From Micavibrio sp. (GTDB lineage: Bacteria > Patescibacteriota > Minisyncoccia > Moranbacterales > GCA-2747515), in assembly GCA_020718085.1 (NCBI GenBank), contig DYDB01000003.1, forward strand, positions 61,569 through 125,568: a stretch of DNA of 64,000 nucleotides. Direction: 5' to 3'. The notes under the pieces are model-generated. The model was not told the origin of the DNA. It was given only the letters and a program-made list of their open reading frames with translations, and ran no database searches. A program made the position numbers and the translations under genes. Every line of letters starts with the position of its first letter. Within the stretch, counting starts at the first letter, position 1. Positions 1-9,773 of the stretch are shown one piece after another.

Positions 1-330
1 GTTCTTACTTGCATCGAGAACTTCGATCGTATAATATACTTTTTCTCCACCAAAAAGCGCGTTGGGATTATGTACTTCTGCGACGATGTCATATTTATTT
101 TCTCCGCCAAAAAGTACCTGCGCATCTTTGATCACAAGATCTTTGCCTATAACTTCTTCAGGACATGCACCGCAGACACCACCACAATCAACTTGCTCTT
201 CATTCTGATTTTTCTTTTCGTCAAAACATGTAGGGTCCGGCTTAAAAATCATGAAAATGCCGCCGATGAACATGAGAAAAAGAATGATGTATATCGCAAT
301 GATAATGTTTCGTTTAAAAAATCGGTTCAT
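1..330 (-). CDS. Hypothetical membrane protein, C-terminally truncated by window edge. Translated here as MNRFFKRNIIIAIYIILFLMFIGG..., with a Cys cluster (DCGGVCGAC).
   Basis: Manual translation of the reverse strand from ATG (complement 328-330) gives a continuous ORF with an N-terminal TM helix that runs off the window. The plus-strand ORF 70..336 in the track is its antisense shadow. Confidence 0.5.
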   Translation of the reverse strand, partial: MNRFFKRNIIIAIYIILFLMFIGGIFMIFKPDPTCFDEKKNQNEEQVDCGGVCGACPEEVIGKDLVIKDAQVLFGGENKYDIVAEVHNPNALFGGEKVYYTIEVLDASKN

Positions 331-384
331 AGATAGAATCTTTATACTAATATATTAATATTATACCGCACAGGGCCAATAAAA

Positions 385-415
385 CAAAAAAACCGCTCAC
401 GAGGAGCGGTTTTAT
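385..415 (-). terminator. Intrinsic terminator downstream of the 420..1787 gene
   Basis: Hairpin accgctc-acgag-gagcggt (392-410) followed on the minus strand by a T-run (complement of aaaacaaaaaaa, 381-391). Confidence 0.6.
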
Positions 416-419
416 GATC

Positions 420-1787
420 TTAGAATGATACTTTGACATCGTTGCTATATGCGCCACATTTACCACCTTTGTATATGCATACGCGAAAGTGATATGTTTT
501 TCCTTTGGAAAATCCTTCCCATGTATATTTACGTGCATCACTATCGGAAATATATTGATAATCATCACCGGGATACACGGGATTGGATTCTTTTGATTTG
601 ACGATCTTGAACCCCAATGGTGCTCCGCCTCCGGAAATCTCCCACGTCAATTTTACATTACCATCATCATCTTTTGCCGAAAGTGAAACAGACGATGCGT
701 ATTCATCATCATCTTCATCTTTCGTATCCGGCGTATCGACATACACATCATTACTGTATAATAGACACTTTCCGGAACCGTCATACACACAGACGCGAAA
801 ATGATACTTTTTCCCCGTATCAATTTTCCACTTATAGTCTCGCACGGAAGGATCCGTAAGATATTGATAATCATCGCCAGGATATACAGGATTTGCCTCT
901 TCTGATTTGATAAGTTTGAAACCATGTGTTGCCGAAACGTTTTTTACATCCCACTGTAAACGTACGCCACTGCTGGATTTTTCTCCACTGAGAGAAATTG
1001 AACCTCCGGATACCGTCACGTCATCAGTTTTTTTATCATCTCCTTCTTTTGGATATTTTTTCTCTTCCACTTTTTGTTCCGGCTGATCTTTCTTTGTGCT
1101 CCACACAACAAAGTCATCTGTAAGATCCGCATCCGCGATCACAGTCTTTTCCACACGATCATTTACAACCTTGGCTTTATTTCCTTCTTCCACGCGATCA
1201 ATTGCTGTACCTGCGTTATTTTGAACTTCCACAGAACTTTCGATCACAAGTACCGATGTATCACTGTCATTTTCCGTGACGCCAAATTCCGTACCAAGAG
1301 CCTTGATCGCATATTTGTCCGTTTGCACAATATAGTTTCTTTGCTCATTTTTTGCAACACTGTTAAAAACTTCTCCACCCTCGATAGTAATTTTTACATC
1401 CTGTATATTTTCCGCAAAAATAATATGTGTATTTTCATTCAAACGCACGATGCTTCCGTCTTCAAATGTTACAATTGCACGAGATCTCGCAAGCGTCCGC
1501 AATTCATTGTTCTTTGAAAAAAGTCCGCTTTTTGTGGCAGAAAACCATCCGGAAGAAGCATTTTCTCGCACTTCAACCGTACCTTCGATATAATCAACCT
1601 GTCCATCAATTGTGTTTTTGACAGGCTCTTCGGCAATTGTTGAAATGACCTGCGTATCTGCATTTTTTGCCACATATCGTAGCGTATAAAAACGTCCGGC
1701 AAAAAAAGCCAATGTAAAAAGAAGGATACTCACGATCATAAAGATCAAAAACATTTTTCGTCCTCTTCTTTCATAAAAATCAAGCAT
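420..1787 (-). CDS. Membrane-anchored FecR-domain protein with two tandem C-terminal ~70-aa Cys-containing repeats
   Basis: N-terminal TM helix. Central FecR-like segment (IVTFEDGSIVRLNENTHIIF...). The C-terminus carries two near-identical modules (GFKLIKSEEANPVYPGDDYQY...HFRVCVYDGSGKC and GFKIVKSKESNPVYPGDDYQY...HFRVCIYKGGKCGAY). Confidence 0.6.
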   Translation of the reverse strand: MLDFYERRGRKMFLIFMIVSILLFTLAFFAGRFYTLRYVAKNADTQVISTIAEEPVKNTIDGQVDYIEGTVEVRENASSGWFSATKSGLFSKNNELRTLARSRAIVTFEDGSIVRLNENTHIIFAENIQDVKITIEGGEVFNSVAKNEQRNYIVQTDKYAIKALGTEFGVTENDSDTSVLVIESSVEVQNNAGTAIDRVEEGNKAKVVNDRVEKTVIADADLTDDFVVWSTKKDQPEQKVEEKKYPKEGDDKKTDDVTVSGGSISLSGEKSSSGVRLQWDVKNVSATHGFKLIKSEEANPVYPGDDYQYLTDPSVRDYKWKIDTGKKYHFRVCVYDGSGKCLLYSNDVYVDTPDTKDEDDDEYASSVSLSAKDDDGNVKLTWEISGGGAPLGFKIVKSKESNPVYPGDDYQYISDSDARKYTWEGFSKGKTYHFRVCIYKGGKCGAYSNDVKVSF

Positions 1788-1810
1788 ATAAAAAAATATT
1801 TATGGATGAA

Positions 1811-2689
1811 TTATTTTTGTGAAGCGATCAGTGCGTTTCGAATTGCGCAATTAATACCACGCAGATACATCGGTTGTCGATCCGTCTTATAAAAGTCGAC
1901 CGATTCCTCAAAAGTTTTACGACGCGTATGCGCATAAAAGATGCCCAATGGCAATCGGTCAGTTTCTGTTGCATGACGAAATGCTTCTGTGCGATCCGTA
2001 ACATCACGATCTTCTTCCATATAATAGGTGTGGTCCTTGAACCATTGATACGTATTGATCTTATTAAAGACCACGCATGGCTGAAAAATATCCACAAGAG
2101 AAAATCCTTTATGATCGATCGCCTGTGAAATGATCTTTTGTGCCACCAATGGATCACCCGCATTTGCCCGTGCTACAAACGGCGCATCAAGAGAAATGGC
2201 CAACGCGATCGGATTGATGGGAGAATCAATGACGCCATACGGTTGCGTCGGCGTGACCGTTCCCTCAGCTGTTGTTGGAGATGCCTGACCCTTTGTGAGA
2301 CCGTAGATCATATTATTGTGCACGATCACCGTGATATTCGGATTGCGGCGAATAGCATGGATCAGATGATTTCCCCCTTCTCCATACACATCCCCGTCAC
2401 CACTGGTTACGATCACTGTTTGTGAGGGATTCGCAATTTTTACACCTGTTGCCACCGGCAAGGCACGTCCATGTAAACCATTAAAATAATTGCATTCGAT
2501 GTACTGAGGCAACTTCGCCGCTTGTCCGATACCGGACACAAGAGTCACATCTTGCGGTGCCAGATCTTTTTCCTGTAAAACATTTTTTATTGTTTGCAAA
2601 ATAGGAAAATTGCCACATCCCGGACACCACTGACAATCAACGGATGCTGGGACTGTAAAATTTTTTTTGATATGTGCCGATCCAATCAT
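1811..2689 (-). CDS. 2-oxoacid:ferredoxin oxidoreductase, beta (TPP-binding) subunit
   Basis: TPP-binding motif GDGD...NN (VTSGDGDVYGEGGNHLIHAIRRNPNITVIVHNNMIYGLTKGQ). N-terminal CxxC...C cluster typical of the KorB/PorB family. Confidence 0.85.
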   Translation of the reverse strand: MIGSAHIKKNFTVPASVDCQWCPGCGNFPILQTIKNVLQEKDLAPQDVTLVSGIGQAAKLPQYIECNYFNGLHGRALPVATGVKIANPSQTVIVTSGDGDVYGEGGNHLIHAIRRNPNITVIVHNNMIYGLTKGQASPTTAEGTVTPTQPYGVIDSPINPIALAISLDAPFVARANAGDPLVAQKIISQAIDHKGFSLVDIFQPCVVFNKINTYQWFKDHTYYMEEDRDVTDRTEAFRHATETDRLPLGIFYAHTRRKTFEESVDFYKTDRQPMYLRGINCAIRNALIASQK

Positions 2690-2738
2690 ATGCTTAGGTC
2701 AAATTTTATAAAGTTCAAAAGTTTATAAAGAAAGAGTT

Positions 2739-4439
2739 CTACTTGATCTGTACAATGAGCTCCTCCACACTAAACGGCTCACCATTCCATTTGAGAATGT
2801 TCTTATCCGCAGTTACATCACATTCTTTTTTCAAAAGATTGGCGAACTGTCCCGTTGCATTATTTTCCACAACGATGACCTTTCCCGCCTTTGCAAATAT
2901 TTTTTTGATCTTCTTTTTGTCCAAAGGAAACAATTGTGTAAAATGTACGACGGCGTATTCCTTATCACACAAATTTTCCACCGCTTCCAAGACCGTGTTA
3001 CGCGTTGATCCCCAACATACGACAAGGTTTTTTGCGGACTTCTTACCACTAACCTCCGGCATGATCATACAAGATTCCAACAACTCACGTCTTTTGAACA
3101 AGCGTTTATCCATCATGCGCATGCGCAAACCGCGTGTATCCTCGGTGATACGTCCATCTTCATCGTGTTCGTCACTGTCCACACGAACCAAACCATCTCC
3201 AAATCCGGGTACACCTCGATCACTTATGCCATTTTCTGAAAGTGCATACCTTTTATAATCACGTGATGTTTCCACAATATGTTTTGCATTATTCTGTTCC
3301 ACAAAATCATTCTTTTCCACTTTATGCAACGCATCTACAAAGTATTGATCCGTAAGCACAAATGTCGGGATTTGGTATTTATCGGCAACATCAAGTGCAT
3401 GCGCTGTAAGAGCATATGCTTGTAATGGTGTGCCGGGAGCAAAGATCGCTCGCATGAATTCTCCATGTCCTGCATACAAAACGAGATCCAGATCCTCCTG
3501 TGCCGTACGCGTTGGCAAACCGGTTGATGGGCCAGGCCTCTGTCCAATGTGAAATGTGATCGGTGTCTCGATCATGCCAGCCAAAGAAACCGACTCGCAC
3601 ATGAGGTCAAATCCGCCACCAGAGGTTGTCACAATGCTTCGTGCACCAGCGTATGATGCACCAAGCGCCATGTTGACCGCTTCGATCTCATCCGTTGCCT
3701 GTTCTACCACCATGCGACACTCTTTGCTATGCTGCGCCAAAAATGTCAAAAGACCTGTGCCTGGAGACATGGGGTATGATGCGCAAAAATCCACACCAGC
3801 AGCGAGCGCACCAAATCCCACCGCATCAATGCCAGACATAAAGAGATCGTCCTTGACCGCTTCTTTTGCTTTAATTGCAACATGTACATCATGTGAAAAA
3901 GCAAAGTGCGTACCCATTTTAAAACCTCGCGACAATGCTTCTTGATTTTTTGCGATCACCTCTTTTCCCTTCTTTACAAAGAAATTCCGTAAAAATTCTC
4001 GCGCGTGTTTTTCATCCGCACCAATAAGACCCAAGATCGCACCAGCAGAAACGGTGTTTGCATATACGATACCTCCAATTGATTGCGCGATACTCGCAAA
4101 ATTCACCTCCATCACGCAATCTTCACAAAATGCATCATCACGAAAACCCAAAAACATCGTATTTTCTGTAAAACGATGTTTATAAAAAGCAAATGATCGT
4201 GCGTCGAGCGAAACAAAAAGATCGATCGTTGAACGAAATGCATCCCTTTTTTCATTGGAGATGCGAATGGTTGTAGAATTTATACCCCCACGCACACGCG
4301 ACATGTACTCCGCAGTCGCAAACACATGAAAGCCCTGCAATTTCAGAACATGCGCCAGTAAATGTGCAACACTTTGAATGCCCTGTCCCGCTTGACCGGC
4401 GATAACGATTGAAAGATCATCTACAATATGATGTGCCAT
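2739..4439 (-). CDS. 2-oxoacid:ferredoxin oxidoreductase, fused gamma-alpha subunit
   Basis: The N-terminal ~180 aa match the gamma subunit (IVIAGQAGQGIQSVAHLL). The rest is alpha-subunit-like (GASYAGARSIVTTSGGGFDLM, transketolase-like pyrimidine-binding region). Adjacent to the beta subunit. Confidence 0.85.
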   Translation of the reverse strand: MAHHIVDDLSIVIAGQAGQGIQSVAHLLAHVLKLQGFHVFATAEYMSRVRGGINSTTIRISNEKRDAFRSTIDLFVSLDARSFAFYKHRFTENTMFLGFRDDAFCEDCVMEVNFASIAQSIGGIVYANTVSAGAILGLIGADEKHAREFLRNFFVKKGKEVIAKNQEALSRGFKMGTHFAFSHDVHVAIKAKEAVKDDLFMSGIDAVGFGALAAGVDFCASYPMSPGTGLLTFLAQHSKECRMVVEQATDEIEAVNMALGASYAGARSIVTTSGGGFDLMCESVSLAGMIETPITFHIGQRPGPSTGLPTRTAQEDLDLVLYAGHGEFMRAIFAPGTPLQAYALTAHALDVADKYQIPTFVLTDQYFVDALHKVEKNDFVEQNNAKHIVETSRDYKRYALSENGISDRGVPGFGDGLVRVDSDEHDEDGRITEDTRGLRMRMMDKRLFKRRELLESCMIMPEVSGKKSAKNLVVCWGSTRNTVLEAVENLCDKEYAVVHFTQLFPLDKKKIKKIFAKAGKVIVVENNATGQFANLLKKECDVTADKNILKWNGEPFSVEELIVQIK

Positions 4440-4496
4440 AAAGTTTTCTTGATTTTTATTTTTGTACGATCAACTTTTCTTTGCTCCATTATACCA

Positions 4497-4531
4497 CATA
4501 ATAAAAAAACGACCGCGCGAAGCGATCGTTT
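4497..4531 (-). terminator. Intrinsic terminator after xseB
   Basis: Imperfect hairpin acgaccgc-gcgaa-gcgatcgt, followed on the minus strand by ttttttta. Confidence 0.55.
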
Positions 4532-4535
4532 TCCA

Positions 4536-4739
4536 TTATTCTGCCAATTCTTTTTTTACTTCCTCAAATTCATTCTCAATTTCTTGTAAACGCTTCTTTG
4601 ATTCCTTGATCAGTTTTGCCCCGATCTTTACTTTTTCGATACCTTTTTCCACATCAACTTCTTCTTGTGATTCAAACCACGAAACAATTTCCTCAATTTC
4701 TTTCAAATTCTTGGTTAAATTACTTTTTGCTTGTGCCAT
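4536..4739 (-). CDS. xseB: Exodeoxyribonuclease VII small subunit
   Basis: 67-aa coiled-coil protein (LEEIVSWFESQE...GIEKVKIGAKLIKESKKRLQEIENE) immediately downstream of xseA on the same strand. Confidence 0.8.
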   Translation of the reverse strand: MAQAKSNLTKNLKEIEEIVSWFESQEEVDVEKGIEKVKIGAKLIKESKKRLQEIENEFEEVKKELAE

Positions 4740-4877
4740 ATTATTTTGATTAACATTTTATAATTTCATATAAGATCCATTTGATTACTTTTATTTTGTC
4801 ATTCCGGACTTGATCCGGAATCCAGAGAAATACTGGAAAAAATCAGTATGCTAAATTTGTTAACTTAATGCTGCGTT

Positions 4878-6575
4878 CTACTTCTCGTTCACTATGGTGT
4901 GAATAGATCCATCACTCACTTGTATATCGATACGTTCTCCCACAGTCACATCGCCACAATTTCTTACAATTTTTCCATATGCGTCTCGCGCAATGCTATA
5001 TCCCAGAGAAAGTTGTCGTTGCGGATCATAATGCGAGATCGTTTTATGAAAAAATCGTAGGCGCTCCACATTATATGACATGCCTCGACGCAATACATTT
5101 ACAACGTGCGAGATCGATAAGGTTTTATGTGAATCTGCAATTCTACGTTCATATGCTTGGATCATGCTTTTTTGCGATGTGCGCAAAAAAACTTTATATC
5201 TATCAATATCCTGTGTCACATTCTGCGCTGAAACAATAAATCTGTGAAACAGTATATGTGCAGACGAGACAATGTGTTCGAGAGCATTGGTAATATTTCG
5301 CTCTTTTACATCAATGTACTCTTGCATCTGTCGCAATGCTCGTTCAAAAAAATGTGTGAGCATCTGCTCTTTACTGCGCACAAGCTCTCCGCACTGATCC
5401 CAACTCTCACGCACGGCACGCGCTGCAGCAGTCGGTGTGCTTACACCACGATCAGCAACCAGCGTCGTCAATGTTTCATCCTGCTCATGTCCTACTCCAG
5501 CAATGACCGGGACGGGAAATTGAGCAATCATACGAACAATGTTCTCATTGTTGAATGCTTGCAAGCTTTCCAAACTTCCACCACCGCGCACAATGACCAA
5601 TACATCCAGATTCTTTTTTGCCATTGTTGCAAGTGCTTCCATCAGATCATCAACCGCTTGTGCACCTTCAACGCGCGACTGATGAAAGATGATCTTATAT
5701 CCATATTGTCCGACATTTGTCGTAAAATCACCAATCGCAGCACCTGTGCGTGATGTGATGAGTCCGATTCGCTCCGGCAGTTGTGGCAGCACACGCTTCT
5801 TTTCCGGCGCAAACAATCCTTCATTTTCGAACTTTTTTTTGAGATCGTCATATGCTTTTTTTAGTGCGCCCTCACCATAAAGTTCCACCATTGTACCCAC
5901 AAAACCAAATCCGTACTGTTTATGATAATTTGGATATCCGGTGATCACAATCTCCATTCCATCGGAGATCTGCACACCGGAAAGACCGTATCGATCACGA
6001 AAGATCATGCATCGCATGACACTGAATCGGTCTTTGATCTCAAAGTACACATGTCCACTTGCATTCTGTTTAAATCCCACAACTTCGCCCTGTATGCGCA
6101 CACTGCGAAAATTGGTACGCAACATCGTATCCATCATGGTCACAAAATCTGTCACGCTCACTACTGCATCTTGATCATCGATCACTTCACCCGTTTCTTG
6201 GTCGTAATGCATTGATTGACTCGCCGGGATGCTACTATGTGCAGCTAGATCATTTACCGTTTGTGCTTCTGAAAAGAGATCTCCACCCACCCCCTCTGTC
6301 GTTGATATTTCATCTTTATTTATACTGTTACCGCGCACAAAACCCAGGATGATCTCGCCATATTTACGCGCTTTTGCCGGACCAATACCTTTGATGTGCA
6401 ATAGATCCAAGCTTGTTTTCGGTTGCAAGCGCACAATTTCCTTGATCGTATTGAATTGTAAGACCATGTATGGCTCCAGATGCTCTTTGCGAGCCTGTTC
6501 CTGTTGCCACATGATCAATTGTTGCATGAGTGTCATATGTTCTCTATCGTACACAAAAGATCTAAATTTTACCAC
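4878..6575 (-). CDS. xseA: Exodeoxyribonuclease VII large subunit with N-terminal HRDC-like domain
   Basis: Residues ~130-565 match XseA: OB-fold (VRIQGEVVGFKQNASGHVYFEIKDRFSVMRCMIF), then GLITSRTGAAIGDF, VIVRGGGSLESL and AGVGHEQDETL. The extra N-terminal ~80 aa resemble an HRDC domain (LEPYMVLQFNTIKEIVRLQPKTSLDLLHIKGIGPAKARKYGEIIL). Confidence 0.85.
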   Translation of the reverse strand: MVKFRSFVYDREHMTLMQQLIMWQQEQARKEHLEPYMVLQFNTIKEIVRLQPKTSLDLLHIKGIGPAKARKYGEIILGFVRGNSINKDEISTTEGVGGDLFSEAQTVNDLAAHSSIPASQSMHYDQETGEVIDDQDAVVSVTDFVTMMDTMLRTNFRSVRIQGEVVGFKQNASGHVYFEIKDRFSVMRCMIFRDRYGLSGVQISDGMEIVITGYPNYHKQYGFGFVGTMVELYGEGALKKAYDDLKKKFENEGLFAPEKKRVLPQLPERIGLITSRTGAAIGDFTTNVGQYGYKIIFHQSRVEGAQAVDDLMEALATMAKKNLDVLVIVRGGGSLESLQAFNNENIVRMIAQFPVPVIAGVGHEQDETLTTLVADRGVSTPTAAARAVRESWDQCGELVRSKEQMLTHFFERALRQMQEYIDVKERNITNALEHIVSSAHILFHRFIVSAQNVTQDIDRYKVFLRTSQKSMIQAYERRIADSHKTLSISHVVNVLRRGMSYNVERLRFFHKTISHYDPQRQLSLGYSIARDAYGKIVRNCGDVTVGERIDIQVSDGSIHTIVNEK

Positions 6576-6581
6576 TTTTTC

Positions 6582-8045
6582 CTACATAAAGAAAAGGATT
6601 GCCGCCGCAATAATCAAACATATGATAAAGATGATCGAAAACCATCCAAAAACTCTCACCCACCACGGATTGATCTCTACACCCATAATACGCCGATCAT
6701 CTCCAACGATCATGATGGCAATAAGCAACGGCAGTGCGATCACCCCATTGATAAATGCCGAGTAATATAAAGCCGTGATCGGATTTATATGTAAAAAATT
6801 CAACGCAAGTCCAAAAATAACAGATAGAATAATGATCATATAAAAACCTTTCGCACGAGAAAATTTTTCTTCCAATCCCTCTCGCCATTTCATAATTTCC
6901 GCAAATGCATAAGCACCAGATCCTGCGAGAATAGGCACTGCAAGCATACCTGTACAAATGATCCCAAAAGAAAACAAGAAAAAAGCGTGATCCCCTGCCA
7001 AAGGTCGCAAAGCCAAAGCTGCCTGCTGCGCAGAATCGATCTTATTGATCCCATTTTGATGTAACACACTGGCAGTTGTAACAATGATAAAGAAAAAAAC
7101 AATATTTGCGAGAAGCATGCCCGCACTCACATCTGTACGCATGCGCCTGATGCGAAATTTTAATCTTTCAGTCCCTTTCTGTTTTAATTTATGCAATTCC
7201 TTTATTCTGATACGATTTTCCTCCACCTCCTCAGATGCTTGCCAAAAAAATAGGTATGGCGTAATACTTGTACCAAAAACCGCGATCATCGCAAAAATAT
7301 ATGCTTCACTAAATACAAGTTGTGGCATAATCGCAAAATGAAAGATCTCTCTCCAACTTGGATGAATAATAAAACCTGTAACGATGTATGCCAAAACGGA
7401 AATACACAACCACTTCAAAATACGCACATAGATATGATATCCAATAAAAACCTCACATGCGATCGATAAAATTGCAAAGAAGATCGCAGCAACATAGAAA
7501 TTGACGGATACAAGCATCTGCAATGACGCCGCCATAGCACCAAGGTCCGCACCGATGTTCACAATATTTGCCACAATCAGTAATGAGACAATTATGATCA
7601 CGATCTTTTTTTTATAATGACGTTGCAAAACTCCTGCAAGACCATGATTTGTTACTATACCGATACGTGCGCATACCTCCTGAATTGCCATCATCATTGG
7701 CAAAAGCCAAATAGCCATCCATAAAATGCTCAATCCAAACATTGCACCCACAGCTGAGTATGTGCCTATGCCCGATGGATCGTCATCAGACGCCCCTGTG
7801 ACCAATCCGGGCCCAAGAGTGCGCAAAAATAAGCGAAATTTCACGCGCGGATTTTTTACTAATTCTGCAACACGAATAACCTCAGTTTCAGCAACTTGCA
7901 CCGTACCGTCAATTGTCTTTATTGCACGCACTTCACCCCACACGATCAATTTACGTGCAACCACAAGCGGAATGCCAGCTCTCCGTCGAAACTCTGATAT
8001 GGAAAAAAATTTTTCTTCACCTACTCCATTTTGTATTGATTCCAT
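6582..8045 (-). CDS. mntH: NRAMP-family divalent metal (Mn2+/Fe2+) transporter with ~65-aa N-terminal cytoplasmic extension
   Basis: NRAMP signature GPGLVTGASDDDPSGIGTYSAVGA and about 11 TM helices. The N-terminal extension (FSISEFRRRAGIPLVVARKLIVWGEVRAIK...) looks like a helix-turn-helix. Confidence 0.8.
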   Translation of the reverse strand: MESIQNGVGEEKFFSISEFRRRAGIPLVVARKLIVWGEVRAIKTIDGTVQVAETEVIRVAELVKNPRVKFRLFLRTLGPGLVTGASDDDPSGIGTYSAVGAMFGLSILWMAIWLLPMMMAIQEVCARIGIVTNHGLAGVLQRHYKKKIVIIIVSLLIVANIVNIGADLGAMAASLQMLVSVNFYVAAIFFAILSIACEVFIGYHIYVRILKWLCISVLAYIVTGFIIHPSWREIFHFAIMPQLVFSEAYIFAMIAVFGTSITPYLFFWQASEEVEENRIRIKELHKLKQKGTERLKFRIRRMRTDVSAGMLLANIVFFFIIVTTASVLHQNGINKIDSAQQAALALRPLAGDHAFFLFSFGIICTGMLAVPILAGSGAYAFAEIMKWREGLEEKFSRAKGFYMIIILSVIFGLALNFLHINPITALYYSAFINGVIALPLLIAIMIVGDDRRIMGVEINPWWVRVFGWFSIIFIICLIIAAAILFFM

Positions 8046-8146
8046 ATTTGTATGTCAAAAATGATATATGTATTAATTATAATTACACAGAAAATTGCTT
8101 TTGGTAAGAATAATCAACAATTTTACCTTTCATAAGATCAACAACT

Positions 8147-8890
8147 TTATTTTTTCATATATGACACATGATCAAAAATCTCATTATCAACAACATGAGA
8201 TAATTTTTGGTGATCTTCTGTGCTACCAAGTGCCCACGTCAGCAATGGTGTATTTTTTTTGGATGCTCTTTTTACGATCCAACAGTGCGGCAACATCGAC
8301 GCTCGACAAACAAAAAAATCCGGATCATGCCAACTCACAAACCATAAAATATACATTACGATCTTTCGCACAGAACCGAAAAACGTGCCGTGATTCTTAT
8401 AATCGGAAAAATTTTGTCCGCACAATATTTGTGGAAAAAGCCTTTTTGCCTCTTTCACCAAAAAAGGGTCAAACGATGACAATGCGTATATCCCCTTGTA
8501 TGTTCCTAGTACACGCTGCAATTCTTTTACAAAGATCTTCCGCTCATGTTCCTTGTTTTTCATTTCGATCACGATCGACACACGACCATTGATCATGTGC
8601 AAGACATCACAAAGTGATGGGATGTGCTCTTGTGAGGACTTAAGAGTGCATGTGGCGATTTCTTTCATCACGCTCTTTGCAACACATTTATTTTCACCAC
8701 ACATACGTTGCATGGTCCAATCATGGAAGACGACAAATTGTTTATCAGCAGTCATCTGCACATCCAATTCAATGGGATAATTCGCATCCACAGCACTCTT
8801 GAATGCCTTCAAGGAATTTTCTGGCACATCTTGATCCCACAATCCGCGGTGCACGATCGGCTCTTGTTGTATCCACTGCACATTTTTCAT
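8147..8890 (-). CDS. Glycerophosphoryl diester phosphodiesterase family protein
   Basis: GDPD motifs IVHRGLW...ENSLKAF...ELDVQMTADKQFVVFHD. Likely start is MKNVQWIQQEP at 8890; the ORF extends to 8932. Confidence 0.75.
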   Translation of the reverse strand: MKNVQWIQQEPIVHRGLWDQDVPENSLKAFKSAVDANYPIELDVQMTADKQFVVFHDWTMQRMCGENKCVAKSVMKEIATCTLKSSQEHIPSLCDVLHMINGRVSIVIEMKNKEHERKIFVKELQRVLGTYKGIYALSSFDPFLVKEAKRLFPQILCGQNFSDYKNHGTFFGSVRKIVMYILWFVSWHDPDFFVCRASMLPHCWIVKRASKKNTPLLTWALGSTEDHQKLSHVVDNEIFDHVSYMKK

Positions 8891-9090
8891 AATAATCCAC
8901 CATAAGCATCCCCCAAAACACTTATCGCCCATGGGATCACAAAGATCAATCCGATAAGAGGTAAGACAAAAGTGACAATTGTAATGATCAGCGTTGCCAA
9001 AAAGATCTTCCGCGCACTTTCTACGCTCTTATAGATTGCATTGATCTTTTTCTCCTGCTCTTCCAATTTTTGTAATATTTTTTCTTCCAT
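8887..9090 (-). CDS. Small membrane protein (67 aa)
   Basis: ORF with a coiled N-terminus and one C-terminal TM helix. Its stop overlaps the GDPD start by 4 bp (operon-like coupling). Confidence 0.45.
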   Translation of the reverse strand: MEEKILQKLEEQEKKINAIYKSVESARKIFLATLIITIVTFVLPLIGLIFVIPWAISVLGDAYGGLL

Positions 9091-9107
9091 TTTTTTTAAT
9101 AACTATC

Positions 9108-9734
9108 TTATATATTTTTTTTACAAATATCATTCAACACACATGTATCACATTTCGGTACACGCCCGCAGATCGCACGACCGTGCGTGATCAAATATTC
9201 ATTCCATTCCACATAATGCCTTGCTACAACAATTTTGCTCATTTCCTCACTCATTTTTTCCGGTGTTTTTGCACTGCTTAGTCCGATGCGTTTACACAAA
9301 CGAAACACATGCGTATCTACCGCCAAACCAACATTTTTTCCATATGCTTTCGACAATACGAGGTACGCTGTTTTAATCGATACGCCGCGCAATGTAAGTA
9401 GTTCTTCCAGAGTATGCGGAACTTCCCCATTAAAATTTTTTTCTATGATCTTTCCGCTCTCTTTAAGCGCTTTTGCCTTTGTGTGATAAAAACCTGTAGA
9501 ATAAATTTCCTTTTCCAAAGTTGTAATACGCGCCTTTGCATAATCTGCCGACGTTGTATACTTTTGAAACAATTTTTTGGTCACCATATTCACACGCACA
9601 TCTGTACATTGTGCAGAAAGAATTGTCCCAACCAGCAATTCCAAGGGCGTGGACCATTCCACAAACGGGCCTGTTTTTTGATACGTTCTTTTGAGACGTT
9701 TCAAAACTTCTTGTGCAATTTTTTTCTTTTCCAT
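9108..9734 (-). CDS. nth: Endonuclease III (DNA glycosylase/AP lyase)
   Basis: HhH-GPD fold (LLTLRGVSIKTAYLVLSKAYG) and a C-terminal 4Fe-4S cluster CGRVPKCDTCVLNDIC (C-x6-C-x2-C-x5-C). Confidence 0.85.
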   Translation of the reverse strand: MEKKKIAQEVLKRLKRTYQKTGPFVEWSTPLELLVGTILSAQCTDVRVNMVTKKLFQKYTTSADYAKARITTLEKEIYSTGFYHTKAKALKESGKIIEKNFNGEVPHTLEELLTLRGVSIKTAYLVLSKAYGKNVGLAVDTHVFRLCKRIGLSSAKTPEKMSEEMSKIVVARHYVEWNEYLITHGRAICGRVPKCDTCVLNDICKKNI

Positions 9735-9773
9735 GTTGCCATTGTGGCACATCTACCCTAGAAAATCAAAATA

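Noticed and set aside
70-336. Plus-strand 88-aa ORF at the window start
   Set aside because: Low-complexity antisense shadow of a better minus-strand membrane-protein ORF (1..330).
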